DNA of 63,365 nt, the filler included, from Octopus bimaculoides (lineage: Eukaryota): the NCBI RefSeq assembly GCF_001194135.2. It is 6 parts of 5 records of this genome, joined end to end, with 100 filler letters (N's around TTAATTAATTAA, not from the genome) between each part and the next. Parts side by side here need not be neighbours in the genome. Positions count along the whole stretch, not along the records: positions 1 to 14,042 come from NC_069005.1; positions 14,143 to 29,064 come from NC_068983.1; 4 more parts are not named here. The stretch is one strand, 5' to 3'. The first letter of the stretch is position 1, and the number at the start of each line of letters is the position of its first letter. The position numbers were made by a program, and so were the translations under genes. The notes under the pieces are model-generated. The model ran no database searches. It had not been told where the DNA came from and saw only the letters and a list, made by a program, of their open reading frames with translations. Below, piece after piece: positions 13,121 through 24,860 of the stretch.

Positions 13121-13510
13121 CTGGGGTCAATTTGTTCCACTAAACACGTCGAGGCAGTGCTCCAGCATGGCTGTACTCCAATGAGTGTAGCAGGTAAAAG
13201 ATAAAATAATAAAGATACACTACTTGTTTTACCAGGTTTTAAGAGAAAAAGTAAATACTGTGTTTGATTTGTTGGGTTAAACCCTTAAAGGTGGTGCCCC
13301 AGCATGGTCACAGTGCAATGAGTGAAACAAGAAAAAGATAAGACAAAAAAGATACACCACTTATTTAACCAGGTTTTGAAAGAAAGGGTCACTACTGGTT
13401 TTGATTTGTTCAGCTAATCCTTTCCAGATGGGGCCCCAGCATGGCCATAGGGAAGTGAGTGAAACAAGAAAAAGACAAAAGTCAAAAAGATACACCGTTT
13501 GTTTACAATG
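13121..13510 (+). repeat. Old ~138-bp tandem triplication containing SINE B tails
   Basis: Three ccagcatgg...gagtgaaacaag...aaagatacacc units starting near 13121, 13261 and 13398. Confidence 0.75.
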
Positions 13511-13743
13511 TATAAGAGTCTCAAAGCAACGATGCTATTAACCCCTCGGCTAAGCAGCTGCTCTGTTCTGTCAGGTTTTGTGAAACATGTAAAGAGATCC
13601 CTGTTGGTTTCAATGATGAAGGTTCACCAGTGTGATCAGCTGAATGAGCTGTTTGTTGAATCAATGTTTTAGAGTGGGGTTTATTAATTCCGCAGATGCA
13701 ACTCTAACAGTGTACTCAAATGACAAAGTTGTACTTCAATATA

Positions 13744-14042
13744 TACCGTAAATCCTCGAGTATAATCCGCACTTTTTTCCCAAAATTTAAAGGTCAAAAT
13801 TTCTAGTGTGTACTATATACGAGGTTAAAAATGAAAAATATTTTCTAAGCAAAATTTTCTAAGTGATAAATATGTAAATGCAATTTACTTAATATTTATT
13901 TGTCACTGACGTTATTACTGTTATTTCTTTGTTTTCTGCAAACAAAGAGCACAAAAAAGCTACACGTTTGCATTATGTTATACATACAATAATAATAAAG
14001 GACGTTACCGTATATATGTTTACAAACCAGGGACGTTATATA
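13744..14042 (+). mobile_element. Left end of a Tc1/mariner (pogo/Tc2-type) non-autonomous element
   Basis: TA followed by CCGTAAATCCTCGAGTATAATCCGCAC, resembling Tc2/pogo TIRs; other end not seen (gap). Confidence 0.55.
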
Positions 14043-14149
14043 NNNNNNNNNNNNNNNNNNNNNNNNNNNNNNNNNNNNNNNNNNNNTTAATTAATTAANN
14101 NNNNNNNNNNNNNNNNNNNNNNNNNNNNNNNNNNNNNNNNNNCATTATA

Positions 14150-14331
14150 TTTGGAAAAATAGAAATAAATTTCAATGAGTATTACTTACTCGGGTATCGT
14201 CCAACTCTTTGTCAGCTATTTTTTGGCTCCATGCGATGTCTTTATTTCCGATGTTTTTGGATAAGTTTCGGAGCAGTGATTTATCGTACTCACATGTTAA
14301 ACTTCCCCGGTGTCTTCTTCTTCTTCTTCTT

Positions 14332-14362
<31 letters not shown>

Positions 14363-14470
14363 TTCTTCTTCTTATTCTTATTCTTCTTCTTATTATTATT
14401 CAGGTCACTGCCTGGAATCGAACACGAAATTTTGGGTTTAGTAACCCGCGCTCTTAACCACTACGGGCAT
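14150..14470 (-). mobile_element. tRNA-headed repeat with (AAG/AAT)n linker and unique tail
   Basis: rc head gcccgtagtggttaagagcg...gttcgattccaggcagtgacctg with A/B boxes. Confidence 0.7.
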
Positions 14471-14538
14471 ATGGCGTAATGGTTTGAGCGTCGGCTACTA
14501 ACCACAAGATTCCTAGTTAGATTCCAGGCAGTGACCTG

Positions 14539-14579
<41 letters not shown>

Positions 14580-14760
14580 CAACAACAACAACAACAAAAA
14601 CAACGACATCGACAAATACCTTAGGAATGAGAGCCCAGGTTCGAAATTTCCCCAAGACAACTGATAAAGGCTGGAGGATATATCAGCCCAAACGTTGTAT
14701 TAACAACAAAGATGATGAGGACAAATATCCGTCAAATGTAAATAATGTAAATAATGTAAA
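14471..14760 (+). mobile_element. tRNA-headed non-autonomous element with a hammerhead-like PLE-type tail
   Basis: A-box tggcgtaatgg, B-box-like gttagattcc, (AAT)n, then ctgataaa-GGCTG..CAGCC-caaacgtt and the recurring gatgaggacaaatatccgtcaaatgtaaat tip. Confidence 0.7.
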
Positions 14761-15234
14761 AGTTCCATAGTAGAGTTTTCGTCCAAAGTAATTCCTTGCA
14801 AACCGTATAACGATGATATCACCATTTGAACTCAGACAGTAATTCACGAAAGTAATGGGAATCACTGCTAAAATATATAAAAGCTTCTCAGAGGAAGATG
14901 AAAGATGACGTTACTTGGCTATGCGGGTAAGAAGATTGACTTGGGAGATCGGCAATGCAGCGAAGATAGCTCTGACTCGTACAGGGACCTTCAGTTATAA
15001 TGGGATGATTGTTTGAGGAATTTAGCTGGTTTGAGTTCCAATATATATGTATATGTAGATAAATGAAGATCAAGAAAAAAAAAGTAGGATTAAATGCGGC
15101 AATTTATTCAACCCGTTAATTAGCACTAACAAGGCAAAATTGTTGAATACATCTTGAATTATATTGGCAGAAAATATACACACTTGTTTATCATGCAGTT
15201 ATTAGTTGGACAGAAGTGGAAAATTATACAAATT

Positions 15235-15606
15235 GTTGTTGGCACTCAGTCGTTTACGATGACGAGTGTTCCAGTTGATCCGATCAACGGAACAGCCTAC
15301 TCGTGAAATTAACGTGGAAGTGGCTGAGCACTCCACAGACACGTGTACCCTTAACGTAGTTCTCGGGGATATTCAGCGTGACACAGAGTGACAAGGCTGA
15401 CCCTTTGAATTACAGGCACAGCAGAAACAGGAAATAAGAGTGAGAGAAAGAGTACAACAGGGTTCACCACCATCCCCTGCCGGAACCTTGTGGGGTTTTT
15501 GGTGTTTTCGCTCAATAAACACTCACAACGCCCGGTCTGGGAATCGAAACCACGATCCTATGACCGCGAGTCCGCTGCCCTAACCACTGGGCCATTGCGC
15601 CTCCAC
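15235..15606 (-). mobile_element. tRNA-derived SINE family C, full length
   Basis: rc head ggaggcgcaatggcccagtggttagggcagcggactcg...gtttcgattcc; homologous to 44452-44819 and 61775-62099. Confidence 0.9.
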
Positions 15607-16206
15607 TATACAAATATTCTCTAATTATAAACATAATTATAATTAGGTTTCAGTTAATTGTACCTATAAAGGTTATTTTAACGTACCGATCTACTTGGTA
15701 AAAATATTAGTTAATTGATTGATTAATTAATTAATTTGATTAATTAATTTTACCCGTTTATTATTAATTTGAAATTATACTTTACTCCATGATAGAAACT
15801 GCATTTTTTATGCGGTACTGCTCGTAACATACACGTGGGTGCAGGGGATGAATAGTTTATTCACATTCGGCTGTGTAAATGTTTGAAGTGTTGATTTGAT
15901 ATATGTTGCATGATATCGCTCGATCGTGTGTGTATTTAACCCTAGCACTTTCAAATTTTATAATTGGAAATGCTACACTAAAGAGAGAAGTAAGTAATTA
16001 AACACTTTAATTGCGAAACACGTCTGTGACTAATCGAAGTCGTGTTGGTTCATTGTTTTACTCGTTCCGTACATAAAAAAAATGTGTGTTACTGTCGTGG
16101 AAATTTTTACAGTAGTAGAAAAATAATTTTTTAACTCCTATCTCTAAATTCGGTATGTGGTGAAGCAATTAACTGCCCCCTAATTATAATTATAGAATAT
16201 TTGTAT
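15607..16206. mobile_element. Putative MITE with ~45-bp imperfect TIRs starting and ending with TA
   Basis: TATACAAATATTCT..ATAATTATAATTAG..CAGTTAATTG at 15607-15660 is inverted at 16166-16206. Confidence 0.45.
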
Positions 16207-16781
16207 AATTTTACTTAAAATGGTTATTTTAACGTACCGATCTACTTGGTAAAATTATTAATTAATTAATTTGATTAATAATTTTAACCTTTTATTANNN
16301 NNNNNNNNNNNNNNNNNNNNNNNNNNNNNNNNNNNNNNNNNNNNNNNNNNNNNNNNNNNNNNNNNNNNNNNNNNNNNNNNNNNNNNNNNNNNNNNNNNNN
16401 NNNNNNNNNNNNNNNNNNNNNNNNNNNNNNNNNNNNNNNNNNNNNNNNNNNNNNNNNNNNNNNNNNNNNNNNNNNNNNNNNNNNNNNNNNNNNNNNNNNN
16501 NNNNNNNNNNNNNNNNNNNNNNNNNNNNNNNNNNNNNNNNNNNNNNNNNNNNNNNNNNNNNNNNNNNNNNNNNNNNNNNNNNNNNNNNNNNNNNNNNNNN
16601 NNNNNNNNNNNNNNNNNNNNNNNNNNNNNNNNNNNNNNNNNNNNNNNNNNNNNNNNNNNNNNNNNNNNNNNNNNNNNNNNNNNNNNNNNNNNNNNNNNNN
16701 NNNNNNNNNNNNNNNNNNNNNNNNNNNNNNNNNNNNNNNNNNNNNNNNNNNNNNNNNNNNNNNNNNNNNNNNNNNNNNNNN

Positions 16782-16812
<31 letters not shown>

Positions 16813-17127
16813 ACTAGAGTGTTAGGAAACGCCTACGATTCTGGCAATAATGTTTCCTGACATTCTAGTCACATTTACTGACATTTTTAATTCTCCCTTC
16901 TGGTGAAACTTTCCAAATTTTCATTGTACACTGTACTAAGAGCTAAGAATAATAGGTACATGAAAACAATGATTTTTGTATTCCGGTAGCGTCTTGTTTT
17001 GAAGTTAAAATTTCTAGACAGTAGAGATCAGCAAGTAGATACTTAACTGAAATTTTAAAATTTCCGTAACGCAGCATGGCGAATATATAAGGGATACCAT
17101 GGTGAGCACACAACTTCAATGAGAAAG

Positions 17128-17269
17128 GGGAAATATAGTACAGTTCTATATTTAAGAGATGAGGAATTATTTACATTATTTACATTATCTACATTTGACG
17201 GATATTCGTCCTCATCTTGTTTGACGAATATCCGTCAAATGTAGATAATGTAAATAAGGGAAATATAGT
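17128..17269. mobile_element. 118-bp fold-back insertion of the PLE-type tip with 12-bp target-site duplication
   Basis: GGGAAATATAGT at 17128-17139 and 17258-17269; perfect 35-bp inverted arms at 17176-17210 and 17223-17257. Confidence 0.85.
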
Positions 17270-20200
17270 GTTGCTAAGGTGTACAGACCCTGTAAATATT
17301 GATGTTACTAGACGATGAAGGACTTAAATGATTTAAACTAAAATCGCATCCTCATATCTAATCGCGTTCCGAATCGGTGATCGAGAAGCGCTACAGAGGC
17401 TAATTTACACCTAAAATGTAACTACGCTCTGTAATCTGCAGACTTGGCCAACGTACAAACTCTAAATAATTGTTACACGATAGCAACATGAGCCGTCACA
17501 TGCTTCCAAAAGCATCTCTTTAACTGTCATCAATTTTACTTAAAACGAAATGGAGTGATAAAGGGCTGAACATACATATCAAGTTCAGCAATAAAGAAAA
17601 TAAACACACTTGGAAACTGGCTGGAAAGGAATGCTCACTCTCGAGTGTGCGTTAAATCTGAACAAAGTGTAATGGAACCCACTGTTTTCTCTTGGATAAT
17701 AGTGGCAGTGCTTGTCGTTACATTAATTTCATGGAATTTGTAAAGTACTAACTTTAGTTAATATTGCTGCAAATCTATAAAAAATGATTCCAAGATATTG
17801 GATTCCGAGTTTTTTGTTCCACGCTGATTTAATGTAATTTCTTTCCTAAGGGCGATGTTAGATTACATACTGTGTGGTTGATAGAACTTTTTGCCTTCAA
17901 TCGAATATTTATGTTTGTGTAAAAATCGTCTTTATCATATGCAAGCTGGTAGTCTCATAAGTTAGGGAATATGCCTTGAAGCCCAATGGAAGCCACCGAA
18001 AATTTGAGGTCAGGGCATGCCACTTTTCGACACAAGATGTATAAAAATGGTTTTCCGGGGAGCATATCTGTGATAATTTCAGCATATCCAACCTATAAAT
18101 TATTTTCATTTTCTCGTCGGATGTAAACTTGTAATATGATATGATACAACAATCTTGAGAAGATGACATTTATAATGCAATAGAGAAATGCTTAAAATTT
18201 GATGCCATATGAGTTAACGAAATTCTGCAATACAAGTGGCATCGATGTAATTTGCTATATATGTAATGTCTCTAAATTTATGATAACAAAAATAAGGACT
18301 GCGTTTGTTAGAAACAGTTAGATTGATATAGAAAATATATTGCTTTATTTGCTGTATTTTATTGTGTTTTCTTAAAATCTTTAAAGACATTCGCTTAAAG
18401 CTCCATTTTCATTCGTAGAAATTCGTTGATTTCATTACTAGACTTATACTGATACAGACAAAGTAAATCCATCTCGAAGATTTCATAATATTCTACCGAT
18501 ACAGATAAATATTTTAGATAATCGTTCTGTTTTAGGGCAATTCACTGTGAAGTTTTCACTTTTCCCCATGTGTTAACTTGTAATAATGATGCACAAAATA
18601 CCCACAATTGCACTCGGAATAGGGAATCGGAATGGTTGCCGAAATTTTTTAATTCTTGACGGTATTTACACTACTGATACGAAAATAGTTAGCTAAATCA
18701 TGCAAGGGCGAGCAGTCCCTTGGAAGAAAGTAATTTTTATAAAATATACCATACAGCGTCTAGACTTACGGGTATTTTTTTTGCGTGTGTGCTGACTTGT
18801 TTTCGATTACAATGACAGGCGTTCCAGATATTCCACAAATTATACAATTTTTTTAATTAATAAGTCTTTAAAATCAAATAATAGATTGAATTACCACTCT
18901 TCACTAACACTCGTTGGTATATCCCACACATACATCGCAATAATGAACATCCTTATAGTATCAAGCGATGAATCACACACAACACTGATCTGGTAAATGG
19001 TTGAAAGTAAAATTTTCGTCGAAATCAGAACGTAATAGCCTCACTAACAACCGCAACTAATTATTGTACATTTCAAAACTCTATAGGTATATGTAATATA
19101 GATATTCATGGTGAACGAATTATAGTGAAGAGTATTACGATTTTGACCCAGATTAAAATCAAATATGCTACCACGACCGGCTATCGATCTTTATTGCTTT
19201 TTATCAAGACATTAAACGAATGCAACATCAGCATTCAGCAGAAACGTTAAGATATTTCGGCAATCTTGAATACAGCTGTAACATGTATGCTGACTACTGG
19301 TTAAATTCATTCAAATTATCAATAATTGTTCACTTGTAATTAGAGAAGGTTAAACATTGAAATTTCTGGTAATTTTCATTATTTATATTTTAACACTATT
19401 AACAACATTTATTCCTCGTAATATTAGTGAAATAATATTTATAAACCGCAAATTCAAGTAGTGATAATTATAACAAAGAAAAATTACATTAATCAAACTT
19501 TCGACGTGACTTTAATTTTAAATAACAAATCGGAAGATTTCCTTAATGAGAAAATTTTAACAACGTAATTACAATTGGGAGCTGACTTCTGAGTATGATT
19601 ATTAGTAATTATGTTTGCAGTTTAAAAACACCATGTATGTTAAAATTTTAAATTAGGAATGGTCTATCTATGCATTAACAATATAGATTTGTATGTATAA
19701 AATAAAATATCTATATTTTCTTAATTAATTAAAGAAGAGATAAATGTGCAGTATCAATAGTTTTATATGCATAAGTTTATTTAAAACTCTCGTTGAATTC
19801 TTCATTAATGGAAAATATTTTATAAATGTTCAGCTTCTTCCTTCGAAAAGGAAATATGATTAAATCGTGGGTATGTATAGGTGCTGTTCGTTGATAAGCT
19901 CATTGAAATGAAGCGCTCATTTTGATTAAAGACATTATGAAAAAAGAAACAAAAAAAGATCAGCACTTGTTATTTAATACATTTACTGTTTGGAATGATT
20001 ACTTATACATTGGTATTTAAACGTATGGCTCACTTCATGGAACATCAAATATATTCGAGCTTAAGTATGTAATAACTGAAAAGTGTATGTGTTTGTTTGC
20101 ACTGAAATTACATTGGGTTAGAAGGCTTTTACTGAATAATCGATTGGTTGTTAAATTTGTATGTTGGTTAGGAGCAAGTGATTGACTGTAAATAGCGCAA

Positions 20201-20299
20201 GCTCTAATTTAATTTAGCAGTCTAGGAAGTATTGCTTGTACAGACATGTAGATGTCACCCTCCTAGATACCTAACTTCTGGAACATACATAGTTGAGGT

Positions 20300-22380
20300 T
20301 GTTAGTAACAAAACAATTATACAGTGTTAAAATTCATTCATTTATATACATACTAGGATCTAACTTCCCTCGGCAGCATAAATATCATTCTACCTCTAAT
20401 CGATTCACCCTTATTCTACCTCATTCAACTTCAAATCTGTTGTAGCAACCTCTAATAAGCAAAAGCTTTTTTTTCTTTTCTATCAAACCTGACATAACTA
20501 CAACTCAGCACACATACAGCTCCAGTACAGATGCCCTTACATTAGACCACAAGAACAACCCAACCCATCCTACTGACACTACCCGAACACCACCACAATC
20601 ACTTCCACCCTTACAAATAGTAATAACAAAAGTAGTAATAAAAGCAATGATAGTAATGATAACGTTAATAATACTAATCAAATAGAATCTTTTAGACCTT
20701 TCTCTAACCTCTCCTCTGACCATATTACATCCTCTATTCCTGAACGCAGTCCCTAAAATTAACTTAATCGTAATTGCCGTCCTGGAAGCATCTGCCCGTT
20801 ACAAACCTATTGCAGAATATATAATGTAATTTACAAATGCACTGTCCTTAATCAATTACACAACTCTCCAGCTATATATATAGGATCAACCAAAATTTTA
20901 AGCAACGATATGCCGCTCACCTCCATTCTTTTAGTTACTATAAACATAGTAAATCTACAACAGTCGCCAACCACACACGTAATTTCAAAAATACCAATGT
21001 ACCCTACCATGGTCCATACTGGACTCAGGGCTTCCCTACCGAGGTCAACGCTCAACCTGCAAACTTTCCCTGGAGGAGGCACTTCACATATTAAAGCAGA
21101 GCTCTCCAGCAATTTTAATAAACATAATGAGGCACTAAGCACATGCAACCACCGCGGATTGCACACATTCAAATTCTACCACAAATCTAAATGCCTAATC
21201 GACCATACAGTATATTTCCACAATATTCCTTAGGTAATCCCAGTAACCTTATAAATCTACATTTTAACTTTTAATCCCTATCTAATTCCTCACTCATACT
21301 TGAATATCACAACCATCTAATTATATTCGTGTGTATAGGCGTACATGCATATGCGCACGTATATGTATGTGTGTGTTTATGCGTGTATGCATGTATATGT
21401 GTATGTGTGGAACGTATGTATGTATGGAAGGTATGTATACCTGCGTGTACAGGGGTGACAATTCATATAGATACACGTATATATGGGTGTGCATGTGTAA
21501 ATATACACTTGAGTACGAGTTGTATATGTAGATATTGATATGTATAAACATTTGTATAAATATATATTTACATGTCTAATATATACATATGTATACATCT
21601 TCACATATATATTTTCTTTAACTTCTAAGCACTGACCTGTCCAACCACCTAATCTATATTCCTAAATTATTCATTTCATACTACTGCCCCTCTATCTGCC
21701 TCACTTAGACTCTATCACTACATAACTGACACTATTTTACTTTTTATACCTCTCTCTATTACCTCCATACCTTCTATATTTTTGCACACCAATACCTTTC
21801 TCTCTCTATCACGCTCATCTCCTCATTCCTACTTTCAAATTATTTCAACTGACCAGTAGCTGGTACACTTTCCTTTATTATCTCTCAACCTTCTTTTTTC
21901 TTTTTTCCTTCATTTCTTTACTTCTCTCTTCCTGTTTCTTTCTTCTTTCTTCTCTTTTTCCTTCTGTTTTCTTTATTCCTCTCTTCCCGTTTTCCATTTA
22001 TCCTTACAAATACATTCTCTACTTTTAGGTCATTTAAGATAAAACCCTTGATTCCATAGTACTGTGTACAAACTTTTTACTTGAAATGACCAGTTTTAGA
22101 TACTATTGGATTTTAGTCACAAGGTACAGGAATCTAATATGTATACCATTCTGCCTAAATAATGGATCTACAAAGCCAATTTCTCTGCATATCTCACATC
22201 TGTTTTCATTCTTCCATTTCACTCTCTATTCCGTATCTTATCTAAATTAACTATTGCTTAACCATTTTCTCACAACATCTCCTATGAAGGGATATAATAA
22301 ATATCCTGGAAACAGCTGTAAGACCTTCTATTTATAAATGTTCTAAAGTCTTCACAGCTTGTGTGTTTTAATCTCATTCT

Positions 22381-22385
<5 letters not shown>
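20300..22385 (+). mobile_element. Decayed Penelope-like element: RT-thumb remnant, GIY-YIG endonuclease, 3' pLTR
   Basis: NFPRQHKYHSTSNR (about 20360-20405); frameshifted RNCRPGSICPLQTYCRIYNVIYKCTV...IYIGST / NFKQRYAAHLHSF / WSILDSGLPY...CKLSLEEALHIL / NKHNEALSTCNHR (20769-21160); hammerhead remnant at 22281-22325; ends in (TA)n. Confidence 0.8.
22281..22325 (+). ncRNA. Degenerate minimal hammerhead ribozyme
   Basis: cctatga (canonical CUGAUGA), helix II GGATAT/ATATCC, GAAA-C-AGCT-G-TA; core mutated. Confidence 0.55.
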
Positions 22386-22420
<35 letters not shown>

Positions 22421-22565
22421 ACCTACTTACATACAGACTTACCTACATATTTATCCATTGATATACAAACATATACATCCCACGAAACACCCCAAACTTA
22501 CACACACACGCTGATATATATGTATATACACAATAGTATTCTTGTGTATATATATATATATATAT

Positions 22566-22965
22566 AAGCAATGTTAATTCTCTAAATGAAGTATTAACAG
22601 TAACTGCACGATAAAGTGTAGTATATTGCCACTTAAGTGTGGCTGACCCCTAGGGGTGGATGTTACTGTTGCTTTTAGCCCCAGGAGGACATCTTCTCCA
22701 GCTGGCTTATCGACACACGACTGTGTCCTGTTTGCCAAGGGAAGTTATCCCTCTCACCATGATCTGCAGCACGAACGTGCTGCAGATCATGGTGAGAGGG
22801 ATAGTGCTGCAGATCATGGTGAGAGGGATAACTTCCCTTGGCAAACAGGACACAGTCGTGTGTCGATAAGCCAGCTGGAGGAGATGTCCTCCTGGGACTA
22901 AAAGCAACAGTAACATCCACCCCTAGGGGTCAGCCACACTTAAGTGGCAATATACTACACTTTAT
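22566..22965. mobile_element. Fold-back repeat insertion: 162-bp inverted arms between (TA)n tracts
   Basis: Arms 22611-22772 and 22804-22965 with 2 mismatches; extra 27-bp copy at 22777-22803. Confidence 0.85.
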
Positions 22966-23337
22966 ATATATATATATATNNNNNNNNNNNNNNNNNNNNN
23001 NNNNNNNNNNNNNNNNNNNNNNNNNNNNNNNNNNNNNNNNNNNNNNNNNNNNNNNNNNNNNNNNNNNNNNNNNNNNNNNNNNNNNNNNNNNNNNNNNNNN
23101 NNNNNNNNNNNNNNNNNNNNNNNNNNNNNNNNNNNNNNNNNNNNNNNNNNNNNNNNNNNNNNNNNNNNNNNNNNNNNNNNNNNNNNNNNNNNNNNNNNNN
23201 NNNNNNNNNNNNNNNNNNNNNNNNNNNNNNNNNNNNNNNNNNNNNNNNNNNNNNNNNNNNNNNNNNNNNNNNNNNNNNNNNNNNNNNNNNNNNNNNNNNN
23301 NNNNNNNNNNNNNNNNNNNNNNNNTGATATAGTCCAA

Positions 23338-23525
23338 TCAAGAGTTTTGATGGCACATCTGGTGTATAAGAAAATTTGACATCGCTGCCCTAAATTGTGT
23401 CTCATTTCGAGCCATTGGTTCGTCTGGTATCGTGGAGAGGAAAGCGTCGAGTTTTGTCCTGAAGACCTCCACATCCGTGTCTTGCAGGTCTCTCAAATGT
23501 TTTGGCAGGGCATTGAAGATATACA
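23338..23525 (-). mobile_element. CR1/L2-like LINE ORF2 C-terminal fragment
   Basis: IFNALPKHLRDLQDTDVEVFRTKLDAFLSTIPDEP...RAAMSNFLIHQ matches the FN-LP...FK--LD-FL--IPDEP tail motif. Confidence 0.75.
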
Positions 23526-23872
23526 AACAATATATGAGTATATGCATATATATGTACATGTATGTATATACCTTCATCCACATGTACATATAGATACATA
23601 ACTGGGTACATGACGTGGCAAAAGAACATGGACAAAAAGGTAAACAAGGTACAACAAACAAGCAGACCACATAGAAACAGATAGATAGATAGATAGATAG
23701 ATACGTATATAGTTAGACAGATAAATAGATAGATATAGATGAATAGATAGAAAGACCGATAAATAGATCGATAGATATAGATAATACAAACATACATACA
23801 TACATAGATACATATACACCTATAGAAGCCCACGTATACAAATTCGTAAAAATGTAAAATGTTAACATACAT

Positions 23873-24805
23873 AGGCGCAGGAGTGGTTGTGCAGTAAAAT
23901 GCTTGCTTCCCAGCCACATTGTTCCGGGTGCATTTCACACTATTGTAAGTGGATTTCGTTGACGGAAACTGAAAGAAGCCTGTCGTCACCTACCCCTCAT
24001 CCATTCCCTCCCAACCTTCCACTACACCCAACACCCCTCCAACTTCTTTCTCATCGACCCCTTCTCCACTTCAGTCTGTTGTTACCAAAACTCCATATCT
24101 TCTCTCTGAGGCAGAGCACTCTCTCCTCAGTAGGGTCCTGCGCTTCATCCCATTCACTCAATCCGTCAACGAATTTCGGACTCGTGCCGATATCCACAAC
24201 TTTGTGCGCCGTGTCAGGTTGTGTGCGATATTCCGCGACACTCCACCTGCATCTAATGAGGAGGACTGCTTCACCGACGTGCGCCGCTGACCATCACAGT
24301 GGACGCCTGCCACTGGCCAAGTCCAAACAGTCGATCATTTTGCGGGCGTCTGCCAGCGCGCTGTGCACCGGCTTGACATTTCCAGGCGTCCTCGACATCT
24401 GAACATGTCCNNNNNNNNNNNNNNNNNNNNNNNNNNNNNNNNNNNNNNNNNNNNNNNNNNNNNNNNNNNNNNNNNNNNNNNNNNNNNNNNNNNNNNNNNN
24501 NNNNNNNNNNNNNNNNNNNNNNNNNNNNNNNNNNNNNNNNNNNNNNNNNNNNNNNNNNNNNNNNNNNNNNNNNNNNNNNNNNNNNNNNNNNNNNNNNNNN
24601 NNNNNNNNNNNNNNNNNNNNNNNNNNNNNNNNNNNNNNNNNNNNNNNNNNNNNNNNNNNNNNNNNNNNNNNNNNNNNNNNNNNNNNNNNNNNNNNNNNNN
24701 NNNNNNNNNNNNNNNNNNNNNNNNNNNNNNNNNNNNNNNNNNNNNNNNNNNNNNNNNNNNNNNNNNNNNNNNNNNNNNNNNNNNNNNNNNNNNNNNNNNN
24801 NNNNN

Positions 24806-24860
<55 letters not shown>

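Noticed and set aside
14087-14098. TTAATTAATTAA islands inside N-gaps (also 29109, 38633, 51096, 62144)
   Set aside because: An identical all-frame-stop linker centred in gaps; a scaffolding artefact, not biology.
22656-22920. Mirror-image ORFs on both strands
   Set aside because: A by-product of the palindrome with no protein motif.
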